A stretch of DNA of 20,000 nt from an uncultured virus (IMG/VR IMGVR_UViG_3300033145_002040) (taxonomy: Duplodnaviria > Heunggongvirae > Uroviricota > Caudoviricetes): IMG/VR virus record IMGVR_UViG_3300033145_002040; one strand, written 5' to 3'. The notes beneath the pieces were generated by a model. It was not told the DNA's origin and did no database searches. It saw nothing but the letters and a program-made list of their open reading frames with translations. Both the position numbers and the translations under genes were made by a program. Shown here one piece after another: positions 7,990-16,745 of this stretch (position 1 is the first letter of the stretch; each line of letters starts with the position of its first letter).

Positions 7990-8304
7990 TTATAAATTAT
8001 CAATCATATCCTCTTTAAGCTCTCTACGAATAACAGCAACCCATTCTTCTTTGCTGTCTCTTAGCTTTTCTCTTAATTCTATTTTTATATCTTCATCAAA
8101 CGCCAGTTTAAGCTCATCTCTAACATCATCTTCTAAATCATCTTTAAGCTCATCTCTAACATCATCTTCTAAATCATCTTTAAGTTCATCTCTAACATCA
8201 TCTTCTAAATCATCTTTAAGTTCATCTCTAACCTCATCTTCTAAATCATCCTTTAATTCAGCTCTAACCTCATCTTCTAAATCTTTTTTATCTTCATTCT
8301 CCAT
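7990..8304 (-). CDS. Acidic 12-aa repeat protein (probable start MENEDKK at 8304)
   Basis: (KDDLEDDVRDEL) x5; ...KEDMIDNL. Confidence 0.75.
   Translation of the reverse strand: MENEDKKDLEDEVRAELKDDLEDEVRDELKDDLEDDVRDELKDDLEDDVRDELKDDLEDDVRDELKLAFDEDIKIELREKLRDSKEEWVAVIRRELKEDMIDNL
8110..8289. repeat. 36-bp coding tandem repeat, 5 copies
   Basis: Unit ~ctcatctctaacatcatcttctaaatcatctttaag, few substitutions. Confidence 0.95.
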
Positions 8305-8740
8305 CGTCCAATCCCTCGAGAACAAGCTCCTTTAATGAATCTTTATCTTCAGTTACTTCATAAATATTTCTATTCATTTTTTTACTTTTAAATTCTTTTT
8401 GAGTATTCTCATCATAAGAAATAAACCCTCCCTGTAAAATTACTTTACCATCCTCAACAACTATCCTCCATATATCATCTGAGTCTTCTCCGTTACATCT
8501 GATATATCCAAAAGCACACTTATCTATCTTAGCAATGAATAAACAAAATAATTCCAATTCCTCTTCATAAATGTTTCCATATCCATTAACTCCTATATTT
8601 TTATCATTTAGATAAATACCTTCAATATTAAAGCGTTCTTCCCACAAATCATTATTTCCTTCAATAAATTTATTTAATTTCTCTACAATTTTTTTACTAC
8701 TTAATGCTATATCTCCATTATAATCTGTTATATATCCCAT
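8294..8740 (-). CDS. Conserved virus-type hypothetical protein (MGY.T.Y.G...GED..DIWR pattern)
   Basis: Motifs recognised by eye; ...KELVLEGLDDGE. Confidence 0.75.
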   Translation of the reverse strand: MGYITDYNGDIALSSKKIVEKLNKFIEGNNDLWEERFNIEGIYLNDKNIGVNGYGNIYEEELELFCLFIAKIDKCAFGYIRCNGEDSDDIWRIVVEDGKVILQGGFISYDENTQKEFKSKKMNRNIYEVTEDKDSLKELVLEGLDDGE

Positions 8741-8741
8741 G

Positions 8742-8885
8742 TTAATCCCAATCTTCTTTTAATTTAATTAAAAGATTTTAAAAATCTTTTTCTCCAAAAC
8801 CACTTATAATAGTAGAAACTATTTGCTTGTCTGAATAACTAGACATTCTTTCAGGTAGCTCTTCACAACTTATATCGCATACCAT
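8742..8885 (-). pseudogene. Small gene with an in-frame TAA at 8778-8780
   Basis: MVCDISCEELPE...GEKDF*NLLIKLKEDWD*; the read-through product ends 1 nt before the next ATG. Confidence 0.55.
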
Positions 8886-8893
8886 TTTTTATT

Positions 8894-9451
8894 TTATAAC
8901 TTATTCCTTTCTTTATTTATTTTATCTAACTTATCCATCATTAATCCAGTAAGCTCATCTCCACATCTCTTACACTTAAATGTTCCATCATCTTCATCAT
9001 AAGTCATTTCGTCCCTATCAAATTTTTTCTCGCATACATCACATATCGGTCGATATGGTCTTTCTTCATCTAAAACCACATTCCCGTTTTCTACATTATA
9101 ATCCCCTTCAAAATCACATCCAGATTCTTCATAGCTATGATTTATTTTTAAATTGAACCTTAAGCTCATCTCTAAAGTAACTGGTAGAGATGGTGACCAT
9201 GCAGTATCGAAAGATAAAGTAGCAGATGTTCCGCTATTTTCAAAACATTCTCCATCAAACCATTTTGTTCCCCATAGTTTACAAATATTCCCTTTATAAA
9301 ATCCATTTCCCTCAGAGTCTATGGGGATAACTTTACGCATATCATAATCCTTATTCTCCTTAGTACCTTCGACTTCGATACATCTTTCTAATCTCTTAAT
9401 ATCCTCTTCTGTTCCTTCTATTTCTAAATAGTTATAACAATTATTCGCCAT
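8894..9451 (-). CDS. YubB/DUF1281-like ferredoxin-fold protein with a C-terminal zinc finger
   Basis: MANNCYNYLEIEG, WGTKW, FDTAWSP, YEESGCDFEG; CDVC...CKRC. Confidence 0.8.
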   Translation of the reverse strand: MANNCYNYLEIEGTEEDIKRLERCIEVEGTKENKDYDMRKVIPIDSEGNGFYKGNICKLWGTKWFDGECFENSGTSATLSFDTAWSPSLPVTLEMSLRFNLKINHSYEESGCDFEGDYNVENGNVVLDEERPYRPICDVCEKKFDRDEMTYDEDDGTFKCKRCGDELTGLMMDKLDKINKERNKL

Positions 9452-9452
9452 C

Positions 9453-10073
9453 TTATTTTAAATTCTCCATTTTAACAATCTGACAATTTTTTCCTTCAAG
9501 TTGTCTATCACTCCCACCCTCGCTAATTATAAATAGTTTCCCAAATGAATAATCATTAAAATTAATACTATCTAAATCTGAATATCCATCCGTTAGGAAT
9601 ATACAACATTTATAATCTCTAACTCTTTCTTTTATCTCTTCAAATGCTTTTATATGTGAAGTTCCACCACCGCCCTTAATCTTCATCTTCATTATCTTTT
9701 CTATATTGCCGTTTCTAACCATCCCGTTATCATAACATTCTGTATCATGACTAAAAATACGCATATCTATCCTATCTTGATATGCTCTCGCTATACCACA
9801 AATCTCACTTAGAAAATCTGTAAGTTCTTTTTTGCTAATACTCCCAGACATATCTATCATAATTGGAATATCTGTTTTGTCCTTTGTCATACTCGGCATA
9901 TAAAATCCTGTGCTTACTGATTTTTTATGAGGAGAACAATTATGTGTTATTATTCCATTCGCAATATAATTTTCAACTTCTGTATGTAAGTCATAAAAAT
10001 ATTCATCACAATCTATCCTCTCTATCTTAATAATCTTTTCTTTTTTAATTTTCATTCTTATTTTTAAATCCAT
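9453..10073 (-). CDS. C-terminal half of fractured DUF2201 gene: split-intein C fragment plus vWA-like domain
   Basis: YDLHTEVENYIANGIITHN/C intein blocks F and G; MIDAS elements IDMSGS, GGGGTS, LTDGY. Confidence 0.92.
   Translation of the reverse strand: MDLKIRMKIKKEKIIKIERIDCDEYFYDLHTEVENYIANGIITHNCSPHKKSVSTGFYMPSMTKDKTDIPIMIDMSGSISKKELTDFLSEICGIARAYQDRIDMRIFSHDTECYDNGMVRNGNIEKIMKMKIKGGGGTSHIKAFEEIKERVRDYKCCIFLTDGYSDLDSINFNDYSFGKLFIISEGGSDRQLEGKNCQIVKMENLK
9939..10073 (-). mobile_element. Split intein C fragment (45 aa, or 39 aa from ATG at 10055)
   Basis: Ends His-Asn; +1 residue is Cys (9936-9938). Confidence 0.92.
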
Positions 10074-10737
10074 TTTTTTTATGATAATCCAAATGACAAT
10101 CTGAACACCATGTTACACCATTGCTAATTTTAAAAATCAATTTTGGATAGTTATAAATTGATTTTATATGATGAGCATTTAGTTTAATTGTTTTTCCAAC
10201 TCCTATCCCACTTTTCTTACCACATATTTGACAAGTGTAGTTATCCCTTTCAAATACTTTTTTCCTCCATTTCTGATAATCTGCACTACACCATCTTTTT
10301 TTTACTTCATTCGTCACCCCACCTCTCCAATTATAATGACTTTCCCCAGAATTTATTCCTATATGAGCTTTTGATATATTAGACTTTGCTTTCTTACTCA
10401 TCTTTTTCCCCAACCAATATCTCTTAGGATTTTTAGCTTTAGTTTTTATTATTTTTTCTATTGTTGACTTATCCCTTTTTTTTCCTTTCCAATAAGGAAT
10501 TATTTCACCAGAAGCATATTTTCTTTTTCAAGTTTCCGCACCTTTTTTTATTGTTTCTTTATTAAAACACCTTCTAACAATATTTTGCCTCTCTTTTAGA
10601 GTAATACATTTATGTGCCTTCTTCCCAATAAATAAACCGCATTTATCACATCTTTTAAGATTTCTAAAATTTTTCAAAAGTGAAGGTCTAAGCTTATCCG
10701 TATGCTCTTTTGTTCTCTTATATACTCCTTTTGGCAT
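10045..10737 (-). mobile_element. Free-standing NUMOD3-like/HNH homing endonuclease with an in-frame TGA at 10528-10530
   Basis: Track ORFs 10528-10737 and 10045-10413 are one frame joined by 38 open codons (GAET*KRKYASGEIIPYWKGKK). Motifs: NISKAHIG, NWRGG, WRKKVFERDNYTCQIC, HHIK, SNGVTWCSDCH. Confidence 0.88.
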
Positions 10738-10741
10738 TTTC

Positions 10742-11761
10742 TTATGTGGTAGTAACTATATCACCAACATTAAGATTTTTTGCCTTTATAAACCTTCCGG
10801 TTGATAATATTTTATGTTCTCCAGAGCAAATTATTTTTTTTCCAGATGATGTATAAATAATAAATCTTTCTTTTATCTCTTTCTTAAAAGTTCTTTTAAT
10901 TTTATTTTCAATAATTATTCCATTCTTAAAACCATAAATTATTTGACCTGCTTTTAAATCTTTAATTTTAATGTCCCCATTAGGAGTTTTAATTAAAGTA
11001 TTTTTTTCAATACAATATGAGTGGTCGTATGGAATCTGTTGAGTAATATATTGGTTAAGTAATGCTTTCCAATTAATTTTCTCCTTATGTAGCTCTCCAA
11101 CCATTCTCTCCATCCCAATAGGGATATCACCCTTCATTTTACTAACAGTTAATGCTTCTTGTGTTCTCTCCCCCCAAAATTTTTCTAATTCTTTTAACTC
11201 TAATTGGCTTAATGGTTTCTTTTTATACTTTCCCCCATCACTTTTAATATGCTCATCAAATCTCAATCCTTTGCCGTTCCCATTTTTGCCTAATACTTGT
11301 TTAATCTTTTTAGCCTGTTGCCATAACTCATCATATATTTGCTCTGCCGTTTTTTTGTTACAATCGGTAATAACACCCCCCCCAATCTCGATATTGTTAT
11401 TATGGTCAGATATAACACAACCATTAGGAAGCGTAAATCTGTTATCTTTTATTAACTGATTAACTACCACATCTGCACTCAAATTAAAGATAAAATTATC
11501 TCTACCTCCCTGTCTTAATAGATGTAGCAAACTTAAATGTAATATTTCATGAATGACTACACCCTCGACTTCCTTTTGTTTTAATTTTTCTATAAATTTT
11601 TTATTATAATAAAAGTTACCTTTCACATCTACCCCAACACCTGCGTGGTCGAGTAAGTCTTTGCTCTCTTTCATCTTTAGATAAAGACTTAGATATGCAA
11701 AAAAACTATTCTTTCCCTGTATTTGAATCCTCGCCCTCTTCAACATTTCTTTAGCTTCCAT
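10742..11761 (-). CDS. N-terminal half of fractured DUF2201 gene: HExxH metallopeptidase-like domain plus split-intein N fragment
   Basis: VIHEILHLSLLH, NLSADVVVN, FDEH, INWKALL; then CIEKNTLI...CSGEHKIL...LNVGDIV*. Confidence 0.92.
   Translation of the reverse strand: MEAKEMLKRARIQIQGKNSFFAYLSLYLKMKESKDLLDHAGVGVDVKGNFYYNKKFIEKLKQKEVEGVVIHEILHLSLLHLLRQGGRDNFIFNLSADVVVNQLIKDNRFTLPNGCVISDHNNNIEIGGGVITDCNKKTAEQIYDELWQQAKKIKQVLGKNGNGKGLRFDEHIKSDGGKYKKKPLSQLELKELEKFWGERTQEALTVSKMKGDIPIGMERMVGELHKEKINWKALLNQYITQQIPYDHSYCIEKNTLIKTPNGDIKIKDLKAGQIIYGFKNGIIIENKIKRTFKKEIKERFIIYTSSGKKIICSGEHKILSTGRFIKAKNLNVGDIVTTT
10745..11014 (-). mobile_element. Split intein N fragment (90 aa)
   Basis: Block A C1-IEKNTLI; block B IICSGEHKIL; ends just after LNVGDIV. 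Confidence 0.92.
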
Positions 11762-11763
11762 TG

Positions 11764-13048
11764 TTAATTATTGGCCTCTTTATTATTTAATCCATTCAAT
11801 ATTTTAGCTCTATTTAAAGAAGCAAATAAATCAGTTTTACTAGCACCTACACATTCTGTTAATCTTAATAACATCTCTTTAGAAGCCCATCTTTCGAGGG
11901 TTCGAGTATTTCCCCCATAATAAAATAAATCTTTTATTTTATCCCAGTCAAAAATCTTATTCTTTCTTAAAAAATTAACCTCAAAAGTTTTGGCATCAAT
12001 AGCTTTACTACTTATTGATAATTTAATACTTCTCATATCATTATATATTAACTCATTTAAATTAATAAAATCTATTTTCATTCCATTAAGTTTTGTTAAA
12101 ATAATTATCTCATCTTTAGTCTTCCCATCAGATTCTATTCTATTCAACACGAATCTTATTTTGGCAGTAGGCACACTCGTCCCATTTATTTTGCACCTTT
12201 TATCTTTATATTCTACCGCGTATATTTCTCCATCTTTTCTTTTTTTTACATAACTAATTTTTTTATCATTTTAAAATATCTCAATATGTGATAATATAGT
12301 TTCTCCGTTATAAGAAACTTGTTTTATTTCTTCATAAGAAAAGATTTTATTTATATTTTTATTTAAAATATACGAATAGATATTATGAACTATAATATTC
12401 CCAGAAATAGAAATACCTCTAAAAATTAATCCTCCTGTTGTATCATATTTTTCTTTTTCACTAATAATCTCTTTTTCTTGTTCTTTAATCCTTTCTTCTT
12501 CCGATAATTTATCTTCCTTTTCCTTCGCTATCACTTTTGACTTATGGTCTTCAAAACATTTCATGATAATTTCGAAATTGATTTCTCCTTTATCTAATTC
12601 ACTTTTTTGGACTAAATAGCGACCATAGTGTCTAATACTTCCTCCATTATTTGCCCATTCATCCATCTTCCCAAAAAACTCTTCCATTTTTTTATCATCA
12701 AGAAGCTCATCATTTATCTTTATAAGAGGATTCTCTGGATAGTTATTTATAAAAAAATATATTCCACCAACTTCCATATCTGAAGCCCCATCTACAAAAA
12801 ATAACGATTTCGCATATCTTCGATTTAAGCATATAAAACCACTATCTACCTTATATACAGCTTCAAATATACCATCTACTCTAGTAACTTTATTTAAACT
12901 AATAGCAACACCATTCAATAAAACTTGTTTTTTTTTGAATTTCATCATCAGTAATCGAAGAATATAAGGCTCTAAATTTTGGGAGTTCCTTCAATAGTCT
13001 AAATTCTAACGAATTAATATCTCTATGTGCTGTTATTTTGTATTCCAT
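11764..13048 (-). pseudogene. Probable single gene of about 427 aa between the ATPase and DUF2201, broken by an A9 frameshift (12928-12936) and an in-frame TAA (12271-12273)
   Basis: 12271-12948 and 11764-12174 are in frame across 32 open codons (IEIF*NDKKISYV...GTSVPTAK). The upstream ORF MEYKITAH...DDEIQKK joins QVLLNG if one A is removed. Confidence 0.65.
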
Positions 13049-13189
13049 AATATAAGGTTGGTTTTACTTTTGGTAAGAAAACTCCAAAGAACCCCTGTTT
13101 GGTCAATAGCTACTAATAGGTATGAAACCTATACTTCACTATGAATATAAAGCGAAGGTATAAAAATAATCCCTCTAATATAAAAAATC

Positions 13190-14305
13190 CTAAACTAAAT
13201 ATTTTCCGTATTTCTCTATAAATTTATCGTCTTTACTTGCCATAAAATCCTTCCCGAAATTTTTAGAATAGCTCTTACTTAATCTCCAAAGTAAAGCAAC
13301 AAATTCCGAATTACCTACTTCGTCGAAAATTTTACTAGCACTCATAAGAACATCAAATTTTATCTTCTTATCTTTATACTTTTCAGCAAAAGCACTTACA
13401 AGAAAATATTTTATTGATATATCATCTATCTCCTTTATCTTTTTTGGATTTTTGATTATGTCGTTAAGATTTAATTTTTCTTGGATTCTACAAAACGCAA
13501 TAAATTCTTTAGCAATACCTTCTCCAATAGCACTACAACAAATTAATTTAAATCTATTATTTAGCTTTTCTCCACCGATTAAACAACTTAATCTTTCCCA
13601 TCCTCTTACAGTGGTAAATTTTTGATTATCGTTAAAATCAACATTATTCATAGAACTTGATTTAAAATTTAAAAATCCTATAATCCTACTATCAATGTTA
13701 TTTTGAGAAGCCCATATAGTCCAATCGTCAATACTTGGAGAAATTAATTCTACTTCTCCGCCCCTATCTCTTACTGGTGCGGGTAAAGTGTGAGTAAAAG
13801 CTCTATCTTCTTCTCTATTCCCCGCCCCTACAATTCCCCAATTCTCATTAATGGGGCTATCGTTTACAATCCTATCATAAATAATTTTATAGACACTTGA
13901 AATAACCAATGGAGTCGCTAGATTTATTTCGTCGAAAAATAGTAGCCCGTCAGATTTCGGTAAAGTTAAGAACTTTGCCCAGAATGGAATCTTCCACTCA
14001 ATAGTTTCTTTCTCATCTTTAAAAACTGGTAACCCTTTAATATCCGATGAATCATACTCACTTAATCTCTCATCAATTAAAACAAAATATTTTTCTGAAT
14101 TATCAAAAACCTCCTGCTTCTTTTCTTTGGTTAATCTATTCCATTCAACAAACTCTTTATTCTTCTCCGTCGCTATCGCTTTTGCCGAGTCCCTAATACA
14201 AAAGGATTTTCCAATTCCAAACGCACCATAAACAAAGAGTGCTAATTTTTTATTGTAATATCCTTTTAGGACACTACTCAATTCTGTATGTGATATTTTT
14301 AACAT
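13190..14305 (-). CDS. MoxR/dynein-related AAA+ ATPase (typical partner of DUF2201 vWA proteins)
   Basis: Walker A GAFGIGKS, DIKGLP, Walker B LLFFDEIN, sensor-1 GAGN, arginine finger VRDR, TVRGWE. Confidence 0.92.
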   Translation of the reverse strand: MLKISHTELSSVLKGYYNKKLALFVYGAFGIGKSFCIRDSAKAIATEKNKEFVEWNRLTKEKKQEVFDNSEKYFVLIDERLSEYDSSDIKGLPVFKDEKETIEWKIPFWAKFLTLPKSDGLLFFDEINLATPLVISSVYKIIYDRIVNDSPINENWGIVGAGNREEDRAFTHTLPAPVRDRGGEVELISPSIDDWTIWASQNNIDSRIIGFLNFKSSSMNNVDFNDNQKFTTVRGWERLSCLIGGEKLNNRFKLICCSAIGEGIAKEFIAFCRIQEKLNLNDIIKNPKKIKEIDDISIKYFLVSAFAEKYKDKKIKFDVLMSASKIFDEVGNSEFVALLWRLSKSYSKNFGKDFMASKDDKFIEKYGKYLV

Positions 14306-14485
14306 TTATCCTTTTTCCTCCCTTCTAGCACTTTTAAGTTTTTCTAAATTTCTCATTATTTCAACAAATATATAATGGCGGTTAGTTCTTATTTTCATCT
14401 CAATATCTAAATTTATATCTAAATTTCCTTTTTCTTTTTTTATCACTATTAAATTTAAAGAACTAAACTTTGCCGTAACAACCAT
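14306..14485 (-). CDS. Hypothetical protein, 59 aa (MVVTAKFSSL...)
   Basis: Manual translation; stop abuts the ATPase ATG. Confidence 0.65.
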   Translation of the reverse strand: MVVTAKFSSLNLIVIKKEKGNLDINLDIEMKIRTNRHYIFVEIMRNLEKLKSARREEKG

Positions 14486-14486
14486 G

Positions 14487-14689
14487 TCAGCTCATTTCCA
14501 TGAGTTCAATTATCGTATTATAAATAGCATTAACGGCATAAATTATTACTGATATAAGTATTATCATAACCAAAATAGAACAAATTTTAAGAATTAGTAT
14601 ATCAATCAATGGAGTTAACGCCCAACCAAGTATAGACAAACCTAATACCATGAATGCAATATATTTTGTTATTATTCCTATTTTCCCAT
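14487..14689 (-). CDS. Small two-helix membrane protein (frameshift just after ATG 14689, or start at 14651)
   Basis: MVLGLSILGWALTPLIDILILKICSILVMIILISVIIYAV... Confidence 0.6.
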
Positions 14690-14706
14690 TATTTTATTTT
14701 TCTTTT

Positions 14707-15045
14707 TTAATAAGGCAACCTCCCAGTATTAGCTAATGGAATAGGGACTCCGCTATCAGTTAAATAATAATATTCAAGCCCCCCATCCGCTTTTTCCTTT
14801 ACACAAATTGAATTTTCAGGGATATCATGGATATCTCTTAAATATACTCCCCTTAAAACTTCCATATCATATATCGGACAATATGCAGACGCTTTTGCAT
14901 CCAATCCATTCCCACAATTTATCCGTATATCTTTAGCTTCTTGCTCCCAATCATCTGAATAAATAAACGAGATAAGAAGCATAGAAGCTATTATTATCAT
15001 AAAAACCAAAGAAACTGCTACTGTTACTAAATCTTCACTTGCCAT
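14707..15045 (-). CDS. Membrane-anchored protein with a Cys-containing exported domain (probable start MASEDL)
   Basis: TM helix LVTVAVSLVFMIIIASMLLISFIY; the upstream gene ends at 15048. Confidence 0.7.
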   Translation of the reverse strand: MASEDLVTVAVSLVFMIIIASMLLISFIYSDDWEQEAKDIRINCGNGLDAKASAYCPIYDMEVLRGVYLRDIHDIPENSICVKEKADGGLEYYYLTDSGVPIPLANTGRLPY

Positions 15046-15047
15046 TT

Positions 15048-15218
15048 TTAATTTAAGTGATATACCCCATCTTTTAATTTTATTTGCCATAGCCCATTTT
15101 CATCTTTATACTCATAACCTATAATCGTCCCAAAGGGGACACGTTCCCCGTCAGAATAAACATATTCTTGAAATTCGTCACCTTCTGTTGCTTCAACTTC
15201 TAATATTTTATTTTTCAT
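15048..15218 (-). CDS. Hypothetical protein, 56 aa (MKNKILEVEATEG...)
   Basis: Manual translation; fills the gap exactly. Confidence 0.7.
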   Translation of the reverse strand: MKNKILEVEATEGDEFQEYVYSDGERVPFGTIIGYEYKDENGLWQIKLKDGVYHLN

Positions 15219-15489
15219 TTTTAATCTTCTCCTTTGTTTTCTCTACTATATTATCATACCATTCATCATACTCTTTTTCAATATTCCCACTACAATTAAC
15301 TACCCAATTATAATTAAATTTCACATTAAAATCTTTTGCATTTTGGAATCTATTAAATAATCTTGTCATATTTTTATGAAGTTCCTTTTTTAATTTTTCA
15401 AGCTCAAATTCAAAGCGTTCTTTTGTATCAGTAGAATTTTTATTAAAATATTCCTCAACTTCTTCTTGTGCTATCGTTTCTTTTTCCAT
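15208..15489 (-). CDS. Hypothetical protein
   Basis: ORF track; GGAGG RBS. Confidence 0.75.
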   Translation of the reverse strand: MEKETIAQEEVEEYFNKNSTDTKERFEFELEKLKKELHKNMTRLFNRFQNAKDFNVKFNYNWVVNCSGNIEKEYDEWYDNIVEKTKEKIKNEK

Positions 15490-15739
15490 TTTTAATTATC
15501 CTCCATATTCATTATATTAGTTTCTATATAAGTATAGGTGTCGTCATCCAATAATTCTAAATTAAATAAATAATTTAAACAATCTATTGCTTTATCTTTT
15601 TCCTTTTCTATTTTAATTATCCTCCATATTCATTATATTAGTTTCTATATAAGTATAGGTGTCGTCATCCAATAATTCTAAATTAAATACATAATTTAAA
15701 CAATCTATTGCTTTATCTTTTTCCTTTTCTATTTTAATT
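15490..15739. repeat. 121-bp tandem duplication with one mismatch
   Basis: 15490-15610 equals 15611-15731 except 15569 a vs 15690 c; ttttaatt microhomology at all three junctions. Confidence 0.95.
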
Positions 15740-15762
15740 CTTCTTATTATTTTTTCTTCCAT
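15613..15762 (-). CDS. Hypothetical protein, 49 aa (MEEKIIRRIKIEKE...)
   Basis: Manual translation; its 3' part is duplicated downstream. Confidence 0.65.
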   Translation of the reverse strand: MEEKIIRRIKIEKEKDKAIDCLNYVFNLELLDDDTYTYIETNIMNMEDN

Positions 15763-15763
15763 C

Positions 15764-15898
15764 TTAATATTTAATCCCCATATCTAATTTAAATCGTTTA
15801 GCAATCCTATCCTCAAAGGTATATTTAACTTCCGCACTTCTATTAAATCGAGTCTTAACCTCGCCCACATACTTTGTTTTTATTGTTGTCGCCATCAT
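15764..15898 (-). CDS. Hypothetical protein, 44 aa (MMATTIKTKYVGEV...)
   Basis: Manual translation; ends 1 nt before the next ATG. Confidence 0.55.
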   Translation of the reverse strand: MMATTIKTKYVGEVKTRFNRSAEVKYTFEDRIAKRFKLDMGIKY

Positions 15899-16002
15899 TT
15901 TTATCCATTTTATATGTTCTTAAAATAGCTGTTGTAAGAATGTTTTGTATTTTTTTGTATAGGAAAGTTATCTTAAAGTGTTCTTAAAATAACAAAAAAG
16001 TT

Positions 16003-16412
16003 CTAATTTAATAAACACCCTTTCAAAAAATCAAACGCTTGTGCTTTTATTTCTTCTAAGTGTTTTTTATCTACATAAGAATAACTATTTAAAAATTCCT
16101 TTTCGGAGATAAATAATAAATCCCTAATCTTTGGGAAATCTTCTTGCTCGGTTAATATACACTTACCATTAACTATAAACTATAAATATCTTCTCCTCCG
16201 TCGGCAAATTTAACAATAGCTTTCTCTAACCTATTAATAAATTCCTTTATTGCTCTCCCCTCAATTTTTAATGAAATTAAATTTTCTACATCTCCAAAAG
16301 ATTCTCCAATAGTCTTTATATTAAATCCTTGTTTTCGGATATATTTTTTTACTTTAATTAAATCTTATTTTTTACACCAATGACTTCCTATTAATTTTCC
16401 TTTAATTGCCAT
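16003..16412 (-). pseudogene. Gene with an in-frame TAA (16365-16367) and a probable frameshift near 16180
   Basis: MAIKGKLIGSHWCKK*DLIKVKKYIRKQGF...GGEDIY / FIVNGKCILTEQEDFPK...GCLLN*. Confidence 0.55.
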
Positions 16413-16413
16413 T

Positions 16414-16634
16414 TTAATCTTCCAACCCCCCTTTTAATTCTCTTATCACGTCCTCTCTATTATCGTCGATAATTTCTCTAAAACTTTCTAAAATATCCGC
16501 CTTCGCCTTATCAAAATTATCTTCTAAAACCTCTTCGGAAAATTGCCCGTAATTATTTTCCATAAGGGCTTTAATCTCCCAACAGAGATTATCTAAATCT
16601 AATCCTAAATATGCCATATTATTTTAAATTCCAT
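16414..16634 (-). CDS. Acidic hypothetical protein (strong RBS at ATG 16634; one missing A near 16623 restores the frame)
   Basis: GAAAGGAGG RBS; MEFK(N)N-MAYLGLDLDNL. Confidence 0.65.
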
Positions 16635-16745
16635 TTTTATCCCTCCTTTCATTCTGTTTTAAGTTTAAAGTCCTCCGACTATAAATATAAAAGCCCCGCA
16701 ATCATCGGGACAATTAATAAATTAATAATTTAAGTTTACTAAACT

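Noticed and set aside
8110..8289. 36-bp repeats as a CRISPR array
   Set aside because: Head-to-tail with no spacers, in frame within a protein, and no cas genes.
10528..10530. Genome-wide TGA or TAA reassignment (code 4, 25 or similar)
   Set aside because: TGA and TAA end many genes at tight ATGA/TAATG overlaps, and TGG is used for Trp.
9939..11014. One contiguous intein with an embedded HNH domain
   Set aside because: Three different frames; the HNH has its own MPKGVYKRT start; IntN ends right after its last conserved block; IntC has its own Met. Kept only as a check because the sequence is noisy.
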